From Chrysomallon squamiferum (Eukaryota; Animalia; Mollusca), in assembly GCA_012295275.1 (NCBI GenBank), contig CM022673.1, forward strand, positions 24,366,001-24,430,000: a DNA stretch of 64,000 nucleotides, written 5' to 3'. Shown here piece by piece: positions 1-14,448 of this stretch (positions are counted from its first letter, which is position 1; each line of letters begins with the position of its first letter). The notes beneath the pieces were generated by a model. That model did not search any database. It was given only the letters and a program-made list of their open reading frames with translations, and was not told the origin of the DNA. The translations under genes were made by a program, and so were the position numbers.

Positions 1-1281
1 GAGATAATACAGATAAAATAATAATGGTGGGTGTAGTTGTAGTATTTTCTTTATTTTTGCTGTTGTTGTAGCTGGGATAGAAGTAGTAGTCGTAATAGAT
101 CCAGTATAGTAACAACAGTAGTAGAAACAGCAGACAAAAAACTATCACATAACAGTAGAACAGTTGTAAATCAGCAGCAGACTTGTGAGAGTGCGCGTGT
201 TGTGACACGAACAAACAGTCTAAAAATATCCTCAGTACGTCCACACTATGTTTTATTTCATACTGGCGTTCACTTCTAATTAATAACAAACTAACACAGT
301 GCAGTTTAAAACTATCTGGGCGTCGCCATGTTTATAAAAACATGACGTTATTTGTTCATGGGCTGTCAGAAGAAATACAACTATCAGTCCGCCAATGACG
401 TCATGGAAGAAGAGGTAGCATGGCGGTTAAATGTTTTACAAACGTGTCACTTCATTGTCATACTTTGGTTCGAGTGATGATAGATCGACCAAAAACAATA
501 AGTTTGAAGTGTAAAAAGAATTTTATCAGACAGTTGGTACACATCAACAAAGATACACTCAAGCTTTACGTCTTTCATTAAGAAATCAGTCGCACTGACC
601 GCTGTCTGTACAGACGCAAATACTCTTAACACTGTATGATCAACACATTCTTAGTAACAGCTTGTACTTTACGAGACAATGCACTGATGTCATAACGTAC
701 GGTTATCTAGTTAAAACACATTCTTTACAGTGTTCGGCCGCACGAACCTCTCTCTCTCTCTTACAAATGTTCTAATGATTTTTCCAGTAGGGTCTGCTCG
801 CTTGCGTAATAATTTGTAAATTCAGCGACTTGTTGTTCTCAGTGATGAGCGGAAAGAGGGGATTAGGGACAGGTGAATGAAAGATTTGTGATTTAGAAAG
901 ATTTGTTATTTTAATAAAATTGTGAAGAAAAAAAAAAAAAAAAACCCCACAAAATAACACACTGATGTCTTCTGAAAGAACAATCAAAATTAATCATAAA
1001 ATATCAAAAATATTAAATACATACATATAAATATTACATACATACACTCATACATACATACGTACGTACATACAACACTAACCACAATGATAATAATAAC
1101 AATTAAAAAGCGTTAAATACAAGTCCAACTGCATAGAGATCAGCATTAAAACTCTACTTTTAATTTAAGGAGTAAATAAATAGTCTTATTTACTCAGAGA
1201 ATACCTCGAAATAATCAACATGTTGGTCTTAAATACATATATTGTGGTTCTTAAACGGTATCAAGAACGGTATTTGTAACT

Positions 1282-1353
1282 TCCCAAGTGGTCTAGTGGT
1301 TAGGATTTCGCGCTCTCACCGCGACGGCCGGGGTTCGATTCCCCGCTTGGGAA
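1282..1353 (+). tRNA. tRNA-Glu(CTC): tRNA-Glu, anticodon CTC
   Basis: 72-nt cloverleaf: acceptor stem TCCCAAG/CTTGGGA plus discriminator A, A-box TGGTCTAGTGG, anticodon stem TCGCG/CGCGA with loop CT-CTC-AC, T arm CGGGG-TTCGATT-CCCCG. T-runs downstream (Pol III terminator). Closely resembles the canonical metazoan tRNA-Glu-CTC. Confidence 0.97.
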
Positions 1354-1618
1354 AATATTTGTTTTACTTTTTCGATACTTTTGTCTTATTATTTCAGTAT
1401 ATTAAAGAAAGAAATTGATAAGGAATAATAATTTATCTGATTTTTAGAAAAGTTTGATGTCAAGAAAATAATATCGATAGAGAAACATCATAAAATGTAC
1501 CTGGTAAAATTACTTTTGTTTCATAAAAAGAAATTCTCCACTGATCGTACTGGCTTCCTGCACAGTAACAGTTTTACTTTTTCGATATATTTCAATATAT
1601 ATGACACGCACACACTTG

Positions 1619-1739
<121 letters not shown>

Positions 1740-2079
1740 TGAATAGTCAAGTTTTATACAATGTTAGCTACGATCATTTATGTTTCATATTCTAACGACA
1801 GTAAAGCACTGACTGGAATGAGAAATAATCCAGTGTTGGCACTAGCCAGCTTTGATCCTGCGTTGTTCTGTTACTGTGCATGTAGACAGTACGATCAGTG
1901 GAGATTTTCTTTTTATCAAACAAATGTAATTTTATCACGTACATTTTGTAAAACTTTATGATGTTTCTTGACATCATACTTTTCTAAAAATCAGATAAAT
2001 TATTATTTTATATCAATGTCTTTCTTTAATATGCTGAAATAATAATTCAAAAAGTCTCGAAAAAGTAAAAATCATTACT

Positions 2080-2151
2080 TTCCCAAGCGGGGAATCGAAC
2101 CCCGGCCGTCGCGGTGAGAGCGCGAAATCCTAACCACTAGACCACTTGGGA
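2080..2151 (-). tRNA. tRNA-Glu(CTC): tRNA-Glu, anticodon CTC (second copy)
   Basis: Exact reverse complement of 1282-1353. Confidence 0.97.
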
Positions 2152-3367
2152 AGTTACAAATACTGTTCTGGATACCGTTTAAGAACTGAAATGCAATCAC
2201 GGTAAACAGTTCAAACACAAAAATAAATAACATCATTTTATTGTTTATAGACACAAATAATTCCGAAAGAAACATATTCTTATTTCATTTTAACCTTGAT
2301 CACAAGTCGAGAAACTTGATATGTCGGCCTACAAGTGGATTCCATTGTTTGGAATTGGATTATAAGCTTTTTGGGATCGAAAATCAATATATGTTTGACA
2401 TTTTTAAACTGAAATATTTTGGTATATAATTAGTTTGCTGCATTATTGTTGGTAAATTCACAATTTCATTCTGTTTTAGAAAGATATGTTACATAAAACT
2501 GAAACTTATTCAGACTACCACTACATTTAAACATAATTTAAAAGTTTGAATATTAAAATGTGATCAAAGAACAAAAAAAAATCATTATTCTAAAACGCGT
2601 TTTAATTAAAACAATGAAACCTTCCCAAGACTTCTTTCTTTCTTTCGAAATGATAATTATTAATTCATCATCGTCCATTATTCCACAGAAGACCACTGAC
2701 AAGTTCGCTTCTCTCTCACTGTCAGATATTTTAACTCTGAATTATTTCCTAATGGCTGTTTTAGGTGTGGTGTTAGGTGTACTTTTGTGGAGTTTTTTGC
2801 CCTCTGTCAGGCTTTGTAGTTCAGTGGGTGTTAAAAAAGACAGACGGTTACTGACAGTCAATCATCGAAACACATTAAACATTGATGATGTCTTTGTGCT
2901 GCCTCTTGTTTTAATCAATGGTTGCCAAATGGCTAAGAAAGACAACAACATGCACGTTCTGAACGAAATAGCAACAAAACAATTTAGTAGTCATTAGCAA
3001 CCTTCGAAGTGAACAGCAGAGAGAGTGTTTCGCGGGCTTATACTCGGACTCCATTGGCTAACTGAAAGAAACTCGCTGATCCAATCATACAGGTTATTAG
3101 ACATTACGTCGCCTTGGTAAGCACGTGCTAAGCTCGTGAAGATTCGTTGCGTGTTCTGACAGACCTTTACTAGAAGAAGCCATAGAGAGTTAGCAAATAA
3201 AACTAAACCTTACGCAACATCCATGTATTTACATCGCAGTACGTTTCAAATCGTGTACGTATTTTAACATCGGGCTATTATCATTACTGTACACAAAAGA
3301 ATATTGACATTATTAAACAGTAACTTTCAGTATTAGTACATAAAGCAAGTACATGTATTTGGAAATA

Positions 3368-4071
3368 AAGTGGTACCTCGACTTACGAGTGCCCCAACTA
3401 ACGAGTTTTTCAAGTTACGAGAGGTCGCCAGCCAAAATACGAGTTACGAGCGAGCTTCAGATACGCCGCTGTTAGTTGGCGCAGTGAACAACATAACATC
3501 CGACCAGCATCCCGCGTCTCACTCGTTTAATTCACGTGGTTACCTCGCCGCTGAAGCATCTCTGTTGTGTTGTGTTCACGTTTTGTGCAGTATTTTGCCA
3601 AATCTATTTTTTCTGAACATGGATCCTAAGAAAGTGAGTGCAAAGGACAGTGCTGAGTGAAAGAAGCGGATGCTGTCCATTGAATTAAAGCATGAATTCA
3701 TGGAAAAACATGAGCGAGGTGTGCATGTAGTCGATTTGGCTACGTAGTACGAGCGTAATTCTTCTAAAGGAGTCGATAAAGGCGTTCAAATAATTTATCT
3801 GATCTCCAAGATAAATGCACTTTACAAAACCAATTTATTTCTTTACATTCTCTTTTATTTTGTTTTTATACAATATCTGTCATTTATAAATACATTTTCC
3901 TTATTTAAAAACACATAAAAAATTAAAAAATGGGGTGTTTTTTAAGGGGGCTGGAACGGATTAATGGTATTTCAATTAATTTCAGTAACGAAAATAGATT
4001 TGACATACGGGCAAATTGAGATACGAGTTCGGTCACGGAACGAATTATACTCGTAAGTCAAGGTACCACTG
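3368..4071 (+). mobile_element. Internally deleted Tigger/pogo-family (Tc1/mariner superfamily) DNA transposon
   Basis: TIRs aAGTGGTACCTCGACTTACGAGT ... ACTCGTAAGTCAAGGTACCACTG, flanked by TA at 3366-3367 and 4072-4073. Contains the 5' end of a transposase ORF. Confidence 0.88.
3619..3765 (+). pseudogene. Tigger-type transposase N-terminal fragment (CENP-B-like HTH), two premature stops
   Basis: Translates as MDPKKVSAKDSAE*KKRMLSIELKHEFMEKHERGVHVVDLAT*YERNSS, typical of the pogo/Tigger/CENP-B N-terminal DNA-binding helix. No DDE domain follows. Confidence 0.8.
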
Positions 4072-4587
4072 TATTATTTTAGAAGGAGGAGGAGCAGAGC
4101 AGAAGAATAACAACAATCTTCAAGGAAACAAAAACAAGAAAAACAGAACAATAGCTACTGCTGATGTTGTTATTATTTCTACTACTACTACAACATCCAC
4201 TGCTACTGCTGGTGCTATTAATAATAATAAATCGACTATGACTACTAGAATATCAATGACAATTAAACAAACAACCCCCCCCAAAAAAAAAAAAATCACA
4301 CATAATTATTTATTTGTTGAAAGAAAATATATATCTCTATGTATACACACAGAGATCATTTTCACAAAATCTTACGGTCAAAAGCTTATTAAAATCTGCT
4401 GGGGTTTTGTCCATTAGATTTTGTTCATTGAGGTGTTGTACTTTGGAGTTTTGACTTGGATACTCTAATGTAAAATTATAGTAAGGAGTACTAGTTAGAA
4501 ATGGAAAAAAAACACAAGATAAAGATTTAATAAATTAAACTTTATATATTTATTTTAAATTCGATTTCATTTTCTTTTCTTCTTCTT

Positions 4588-4650
<63 letters not shown>

Positions 4651-4871
4651 TATTTTTTTATTATTATTATTTTTTTTATTATTATTATTTTTTTTCTTCT
4701 AGGTTTTGGGAGTTCTATGTTTATAGATAAATTAGTTCATTCATAGAAGAGACTGGGTCTAGTTAGCTAAGACTTCTTTTTTTATTTTCTGTCTGCCAAT
4801 GTGGTTTATGTTGAATAGGAAATCGAAAACCTGACTAACACTGTAAAAACGTTATAGGTGAATAAGGTAAC

Positions 4872-4972
<101 letters not shown>

Positions 4973-5422
4973 TTTGACACCCTTTATTCGATGTGAATGC
5001 CAATGACTGAACCAGACGACACAGGCCACCCGCCAAACAGGTCCTGTGTGAATTCCCGCGCTTTTTGTTGATAGGTGCGCGGGAGAATTGTATTTGTGAA
5101 TGGGGTCGACTGGTCAACATTATTCCATTGACTGCGAGCTGGTACTCGTATTTCGTCAACGATGAATGAAAAAACCTGATAAACAAATCAACAAAGCAGG
5201 CGACGCTCGTCCGGGTCACTGTTCGCTGCTGTCTCGTCTCGAAGACTGCGGTCGTATGTATACTGCGAGACAAAAGTTAATACAGGTCGAATCTTGCCGC
5301 TTGGAAAATAACTTGTAAAAACAAGTTAGTGCGCTTTGTTTTGTTTTTTCAATAAACAGAGTAAAAAATTAAAAAAGAAATAAAATAAAATATATCATTA
5401 CTGGAACGTTGAAAGAATCATC

Positions 5423-5462
<40 letters not shown>

Positions 5463-5602
5463 CATCATCATCATCATCATCATCATAAATAAAATAAATA
5501 AAAACAAAATAAAAACAAAATGATGCTAATATCCTTTTGAAAAAGATGCAATAAAAATATGCAGTAATAAGATTTAATAAATTATAGCTTATCTCTTCTC
5601 TT

Positions 5603-5691
<89 letters not shown>

Positions 5692-6034
5692 ATTTTCTTT
5701 ACTACTGGTATAAATTTTAGATATTTATAGTTAGCCTTTATTTAACTGGTATTCAAACTGTAAAACACATTTCATAATTATATTTCAACATAAATATCAC
5801 AAACATACAAATGAACATAATTAAATACATGTATGTTTGAATATATATATATATATATGTCTCTGTATGTATATATATATATATATATATATATTAAAAT
5901 ATCGCTTGAGAGTAGGTTTTAATGAATATTTTAACTCATACATTCACTTAGAAATGTGTATGTATGTATGTATGTATGTATGTATGTATGTATGTATGTA
6001 TGTATGTATGTATGTATGTATGTATGTGTAACCA

Positions 6035-6242
6035 AAGTTCCTCAAAACAGCTATAGCACTTCGGATAAGCAGCTTTGCCGTGACGTAGCAGACTTGACGT
6101 GTTAATCGGGTGTACGTGCGTTCCACAGAATGACAAAGCATTTGTGAAGTCGATGCAGAACACCTCGCTGTACTTTAGTTTGAAGCGATCCTCTTTGATC
6201 GAGTGCCAAGGTACACGGAAAGGGTCAGAAGAGGACAGTGGT
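6035..6242 (-). other. Candidate orphan coding exon, product unrecognised
   Basis: Non-repetitive GC-richer island with acceptor ttccctgtag and an open frame PLSSSDPFRVPWHSIKEDRFKLKYSEVFCIDFTNALSFCGTHVHPINTSSLLRHGKAAYPKCYSCFEELW. The donor is weak, and part of the island is also open on the plus strand. Confidence 0.25.
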
Positions 6243-6563
6243 CTACAGGGAACACGCAGTAGGTGAACGTGCCGTGTTTGTTTACAGATAAATACGTGTC
6301 TACTACGTTTATTTACGTTTCTTTTAAGGTTTTTGGCTGTTGACACCAATGTCGTGTTTACAAACGTACTACTGTTACCTAGTGTTAATTACAGGTGTTT
6401 TGGATACTAACACAGGACCTCAGTAACTGCCACTAAAAACACCATTACTACTATGCGATTTATTAATAAAAGTTGTTTGCCGAATATTACTTTTTTCATC
6501 TATCTGTCTATTTATACACACACACACACACAAAAATATATATATACACACATATATATATAT

Positions 6564-6604
6564 ATAAAAGTCTTGTTTATTTCGCGTAAATACTAAATAT
6601 ATTG

Positions 6605-6655
<51 letters not shown>

Positions 6656-6801
6656 GATTTTCGAGGTATTTAAATAAACATTTATGTAATTTCGAATTAA
6701 ATTTTATATATATATGTTTATTTAAATACCTCAAAAATCTTATATATATATATATATAATCAATATATTTAGTATTTACGCGAAATAAACAAGACTTTTA
6801 T
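6564..6801. mobile_element. Fold-back / MITE-like near-perfect palindrome
   Basis: ataaaagtcttgtttatttcgcgtaaatactaaatatattgatt-(TA)n-taagattttcgaggtatttaaataaacat is mirrored by atgtttatttaaatacctcaaaaatctta-(TA)n-aatcaatatatttagtatttacgcgaaataaacaagacttttat. Confidence 0.75.
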
Positions 6802-7106
6802 GGCTGTTGGTAATATTAGTTCTGATTAGCTAAGAAAATCAATGCTGCTCACAATAGATTGTTACTTTCTTGCACGTACTTCTGTGATTATAGACAATTC
6901 TATTTCTGGAACTCTTTTTTTTATCAACATGCTGTTATTAGCTAAGTAGTTTGATTTTATTTATTTTTTATTTGTTTTTATTCCGATAAAGATTATTCTG
7001 CACATGAGGAGAATCGAGTGCTTTTCTTAACTTAGCTATAACCTTTTTATAATTTCTCTCTGTTACGTCATCATCATTATTATTGTTGTTGTTGTTGTTA
7101 TTACTA

Positions 7107-7215
<109 letters not shown>

Positions 7216-8282
7216 CAACTCTGTATTTTTCGCTCTTTATGAAAGATACAAAAATGAAGATAGAACGCAGACCTGATATTGTGAATTCAATTCTAGAAAT
7301 CTGAGCCGTATTTTTCAAATGAATTTGACAAGATTGTTTAAGTCTTTACAGTCTGAAAAGGTTTCTAAGATTTTTACTATATATATTATTACTTATTACA
7401 TTATTTTCTGTTAAAACTTGTCAGAAAGGGCCTCTAAATACTAGAAACAGTAACAAGAAGAAACGATCAAAATTAAAGAATAAATAAATAAATTATTTAC
7501 ATTTCCGAGTAACAGTACAAGAAAGGAATCCTTTCATCTTTAATTACAAATTTAAGCATATTAATTTTAATCTCTTTTTTTTTTCTTTTTTTTCTGTTTG
7601 TTTGTTTGCTAATTTAACAAGTTAGGTTTTCAGTGAAACAGCGATAGTTTGCAAAATGTATTTGGTCTTAAATACGTGGTGTATGTTTTACTATAAATTT
7701 TTGTTTCACCTGGTTTCATTGCGCCAAACTTTACGAATGATTTTGTAGTTGATCAGCCTCCTGAACTATATTCCACAAACACTAGACATTTAAATAATAA
7801 ATAAATTATCAAAAAAAGCACAAAAAAAAAAGCAAAAATGAACAAAAATAAATAAAAATGCTTCATGAGCTTTTAAAGGATCTGATTTTAAATTAAACCT
7901 TTCACATTTATGATCTAACAAATAAAACAAGTTAATTTTAATTTATTGGAATTATTAAAAAAAAGAAGAAAAAAAAGAAAAAGAACAAAAAGACATCAGA
8001 TAAACAACTCTATTGCTATAAAACAAAAGATTTGAAATTTAAAATTTAGATGTGATTATGTTTTAATCCGATTACCCTTGTCCAATAAATATATAATTCC
8101 ATCGCTTTATGTTTACTTTTGAAATTTCAGCTAGCTGCATTTATCAAATAACAATATTAATTTAATTTTTGACCCAGACATGGGATTTCTGCGTTCAGGT
8201 CAAATGTAATATCACGTCTGCGTGAACAGGTTATCACATACTGAATGATTTCTCGACAGTTACGATATTAACTGTTATTTGA

Positions 8283-8350
<68 letters not shown>

Positions 8351-9673
8351 GCAAATAAAAAAGAAAATGAATTAATGAATATGTAAACAAAGAAACAAAC
8401 AAACAACTAACTAACTAATTAACTAAATAAATAAATGAACAAAGTATTTCAGTCAATGAATTTGCTATTATCAGCCTTGAATCAAAAGTATAAAATAAAA
8501 TTTTCCCCAGTTTTTATACGGTCACGTGACGAGGTTAAATGACCCACGAGACAAAATATTTTATAGGTCAGTTTGGAATGACCTTGTTTCTGACCCACAA
8601 ACGTGATACATTATTCTACTAGTACACTGTGACGTGACATCGTACAACACATTTCAAAGCCATACCGTGCAAGGTCTGTCTACTAACAAATCTATGATAT
8701 TGCGTCATCTGTGTTTTGAAACTTACGTATCATACTTACTAATAAATAAACAAACAGACAAATAAACAAATAAACAAACAAACAAATACATAAATAAATA
8801 AATAAATAAATAATTAAATATGAAATGAAAAATATTTGTCTATTGATCATTATAATGAAATTATAGATCAGTTTACATATATTTAATAGATTTATGTTTT
8901 CTTTTCATTAAAACAGAATATACAAACATGTATCTTTAGCCCATTCTCTGTGTGTCCTTTGCGAACAATAACAAGATTACTAAAGTTACATCCATAATGT
9001 CCAGAAATATTAGTATTATTTTTTTTATATAAATGTATAAATTTATAAATGAAATTACTTTATTTATTTAACTTATAGATTTATTTATTCGACTGTCTCT
9101 CTGTCTGTCTGTCTGTTTGTTTCTGTTTTGTTTTCTTTAGTTTGTGTTTATATATTTTAATTTATTTGTTTGTTTATTTTTATTTCTACGAAGTGTAGTT
9201 CTCAAACAATATATTACTATCATCTATAATATATATAATAATAATAAATGATTTTCAACCTCTGAAAAGAAAAAGTTTAATGTTTATTTTTCTCAACGTA
9301 CATTTATTCTATTCATTGAAAATTTAACGTATTGAGTGAACACTTCACAGTTCTGTTTCAAAACAAACACCACGAGTTAAAGCTGATGCTCTGAAGTCAA
9401 ACAAGGAAATTACACAAGATAGTATCGCATGTCTGCAGCCACAACTGTTACAACAGCATTCTCCTGGTTCTCTTACCCAAGAGAAATCTAAGATCTGATA
9501 TTTACATTCTGTTCAGAATTCAGTAGATCGATGACGTCAATAGTTTCTTTAATTCTTCAACAGAGAATTAAAACTTAGCCATTTCAGAACTGAACGAAGT
9601 TTCGTCTGCTACTTCTTTTAACAGTAAAGTTTATAAATGTCTATATGTATTACTGTTACTTCTGGAGAGAGAC

Positions 9674-9746
<73 letters not shown>

Positions 9747-10910
9747 TGGAATATGTTTAAAGGAGTAGAAAATAAACTTTTATAGACAGCATTATTAAAT
9801 TATAGAAATATTTAAATTAAAAATAATATATGTTGTGTGCAAAAACTCGAATTTTTAAAAATACAAACGAACTTCTGTTTTTCATTATTCTAAATTTCAA
9901 TAAAATAGATGGAATATCAAATGATTTTCTTCGTTTTTATGAAACTATTTTGTTTATACACTATTTGAACTCCACTAAAAATGAAAATACTTTCATTTTA
10001 TTATGTTTCTGCCCGGAATATAATAACAACAGGAACTAACTGAATCTAGCTGCGACACTTCCCCATCTATTTGCATTCAACAACAAGCAATAAAAACAAA
10101 AATATGAAATAAACCGAAAAAAAAAAAACCCCAACACAATTCCACCATGACAGAAACAAAATGAAAAGCAACTCTTGTGCGGAGTAAACCATTCATACGT
10201 TTGACAAAAAAACTAATTTAAAAAAAAATAAAAAAAAATAAAAAAAAAAAAATAAAACATATTTGATAAGTGATCTTACTATCATGTCACATTTTTTTTT
10301 TTTTTTTTTATATTATTTTTTTAAATGAAAAATTGAAAAGAAAATAACATCATGAAGAGAACCTAAATATATCCGATGTGTTCGGTACAGAAAGATTTAT
10401 CAATTCTCTCGTTGTTTTATTTACAAGCCGAACGCGGAAACGTAATGAAAACATGAATTATCTGCCAACACAGATCAATCATGGCGGTTGTAAAAGTCGA
10501 GGAAGAAACAAAAACAAAAAAAAAAACACAACACAACACAACACAACACAACACAACACAACAAGTCTGATTAACGTGGTTGACATCTGAATTCAGAATC
10601 GAGACCTTAATATTGTAATGTAAAAATAAATGAGAGCAGGGGCTTTTTAAAAAAAAAAAGAAAAAAGAAAAATAAATAACTAAAGCAACTTCGTGAAGAA
10701 TTTAAGAGATTTAGAAACATGAATGGAAATGTAAGCTAAATGGATGTATTATTTATGTGCGTTTGTCTCAGTGAGCTGAGTTTAGAAAGGTGACGCGGTG
10801 TAGAATGGTGTGAATGTAAACTGACAGTCAGATAAAGAATAACATTTACAAATAACAAGATACGTCACAAAAGAATGATATACACAGATACACACGCACA
10901 TATACATATA

Positions 10911-10982
<72 letters not shown>

Positions 10983-11097
10983 TATACAGAGAAACAAATA
11001 CACACACACACATATATACATAAATATACACACACATACACTTTCATATATATACACGCACACATATATACATACATACATATATGTGTATATATTC

Positions 11098-11192
<95 letters not shown>

Positions 11193-12322
11193 ATATTAAT
11201 GTCAAAGATAAAATGTAATAGAAGAAAGATAGATAAAGAGAATATTAAAGAGAGAGCGAGAGAGAAAATAGATAAAGAAGATAAAAAAATTAAAAATCAA
11301 AAATTAAAAATTCAGCGACATAAAATAAAAGCTGTATTCTACATGAAGATTTTATAAAAAGGCTGTTTTGTGTGTTTTCCCGTTTAAGCGAAGAAAACGA
11401 CTGTAAAAAAAAAAAAAAAAAAAAAAAAATAAATTAAATAAATTCTTTCTCCTTATTGGTAAATGTGTTTGTTCTATGACGTAAGACGCAATCCTCTACG
11501 ATTACGACTGTGTAAGAAACACATGGCCATTGCCACCTCTCAACGTTTAATGTTGAGATTTTTATTAATGCCCTGTTGTCAAAACATTAACTGTTTTCGC
11601 TTTGTCGTAATTAAAGCTGATAAGAGGAAATGTCAACACGTGGATAACTTCTAACCTGCAGCACACACTGTTTTAAAACACAGCTGAAAACTCTCTGAAA
11701 TTTCTCTATTTAAATACAACTAACTGCCAGCGAAACGTTTTTTTTTATTTCTAGTTTAATTATTAGTTTCAGCTCGTATTAATAATAAATGTTTGGGGGG
11801 TGTTAGTAATAGCTACAGTTCAACGGCTATCTTTAAATTAATCAGTTTGTGTAACGCTGGTGAAGTTCAGAGGACAAAGATGTTTGATGTTTTATTTACT
11901 GTGTCACTCTGGATGCCCTTCGGATCTGAGCACTTCGTTACTTGTCCACAGATCATCACGTAATATTGTTTAATTCAGACTTTATCTTCGTCTATCAATC
12001 TCTCAGACTTTGTTCCAAGCGGTCGTTGACCTGCGAGAGTTTCTATTGTTATTTATTATTATTGTTATTTGTCAAATAGTTGTGTTAGGAAAAACGGCAG
12101 TGTTAAGTCCCATGTGGCATTGAATCTTTTTTTTTGTTTGTTTCTGACTCGTAATTTACGTTGAAATGTGCAGATATTGCCCCTGTCACTTTTAATTTAC
12201 ATTTGTGACATAGTTTAGAGAGAGATAAAGACTGAGTTGAAAGTCTGTCACGTGTATTGAGTTACAAGCAAACTGCGGGGGCTGGGGCTGCAGTCACAAC
12301 TGTTTAACACACACACACACGT

Positions 12323-12355
<33 letters not shown>

Positions 12356-12577
12356 TACAGTCACGTACTGTTCATATTTACACACACGCACAGATACATA
12401 CATACATACATACATATGCATACACACACAAACACACACAGATACATACATACACACATACATACATACATACATACACACACATACACAGTCACGTACT
12501 GTTTATATTTACACACACACAAACGAACAAGCACAGATACATACGTACGTACATACGTACATACATACACACACACG

Positions 12578-12608
<31 letters not shown>

Positions 12609-12677
12609 GTTTAATAAACAAACGAGTGACAAATATATTTCTCCAACTCTGTAATTATCTTTCAATGTCCCTGTTGT

Positions 12678-12800
<123 letters not shown>

Positions 12801-14057
12801 CCTCACCTGCATCTTTCTCGTTCTATCCCTTATCATCCATCTCTCCCTACCTATCTTATTCTGTCTGTCCAGCTTGTCTTGTCGAAACTGATGCAAGCGA
12901 CTGTATCGTGTGTGAAGTAATCGATGTCATTCAGCTCTGTGTACAGACAGATATCTTAAACATCACTGTGTAAACACCATGCTGATCGACATTTATCGTG
13001 TTATTGGTATTTTCTCGCCGCGAGAAAACAGCAACACGCTCATCTTAAACGTATTAGTCTGGAAATAGCGGCGTTTTCAAGCGCTCCTACTTAATATTGA
13101 TTATTAAACTGCATCGATTTCTACTTTCAGATCCAACTGTTTTATTTTACTGTTCATCTGTCGTCTTTCCTCTTTTTATCCTGTTCTGCTAAAAGCTGCA
13201 CAAATAATAATAACAACAACAACAATAATAATAAAAATAATAATAATAATAATAAAAATTTAAAAAAAAAAAATTTAAAAAAATAAAAAATAATAATAAT
13301 TATTATTATTATAATAAAAATGGAGAGAAAAAGCGAGAAAGTGAAAGAAACGACAGAAATTTTAATTTAATTAGCTTTGGGATTATTTAAATAAATATTT
13401 AAGTAGGTTTGTCTATCGGTGTTGCTATACGATATCATCCCTACAGAGGTATCATTAAATATTTTCATTAACGAGTGGTAATATGATACTTAGGACTATT
13501 GTGGGGGCTTTTGTTTGTTTGTTTGTTTGTTATTTTTGCTGTGTTTTTTATTTATTTTTATTTTTATTTTTTTATATTTTTAGTATTATTTAATAATGAA
13601 ACTGAGTATTTTAACGACGTCGGGTTAATTTTAAAAAAAAAAAAAAAAAAAATATAACTGTACACATCCAGTAGCAACTTCTCGTGCTGTCGTGTTCGGC
13701 GTCGTAAACTGTTTATTTATGTTGTTCCTGTCGTCCCGTGATTTACTTTCACAGATGCGACAACGTGACTGCAGGTTGCATCATCTTTATTAACGTTGCT
13801 ACATTCTACAAAAGCTGCACGCTCAGTTCTCACGTTTCCGTTCTTATTGTCGTCGGTACGTCATGCTGAAAGAGGCTGACGTCGTGAGAATTTCAAACAT
13901 GTCCTGTTTTGACTGGATTTGTCACAACGCACACCGTCACAAGTCACCGACCCGCATCGGGCAGTGGGTGGGTTGGAAGGTAAGGGGCGGTGCCAGTGAT
14001 AATTAAGGTGTTATATACAGAGAGGGAAGGAGAGAGTGAAGAGAGAGAATGAGAGAG

Positions 14058-14163
<106 letters not shown>

Positions 14164-14224
14164 CATTAATGACATATAACATGCATCCATATATATATAT
14201 GTGAGTGTGTTTATATACACAAAC

Positions 14225-14284
<60 letters not shown>

Positions 14285-14396
14285 TATATGTATGTATACA
14301 TACACACATATATAGGCCTCTACATACATGCATATACATAAAGAAATATAAATACACACACATGTAAATGTACGTACATACATATAGATTCAATCT

Positions 14397-14448
<52 letters not shown>

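Noticed and set aside
187-752. MITE with terminal inverted repeats around a CCAAT/CRE core
   Set aside because: The putative TIRs match only weakly and no target-site duplication could be defined.
1840-1858. miR-2-like string cactagccagctttgat
   Set aside because: The seed (ATCACAG) is not matched and I see no precursor hairpin.
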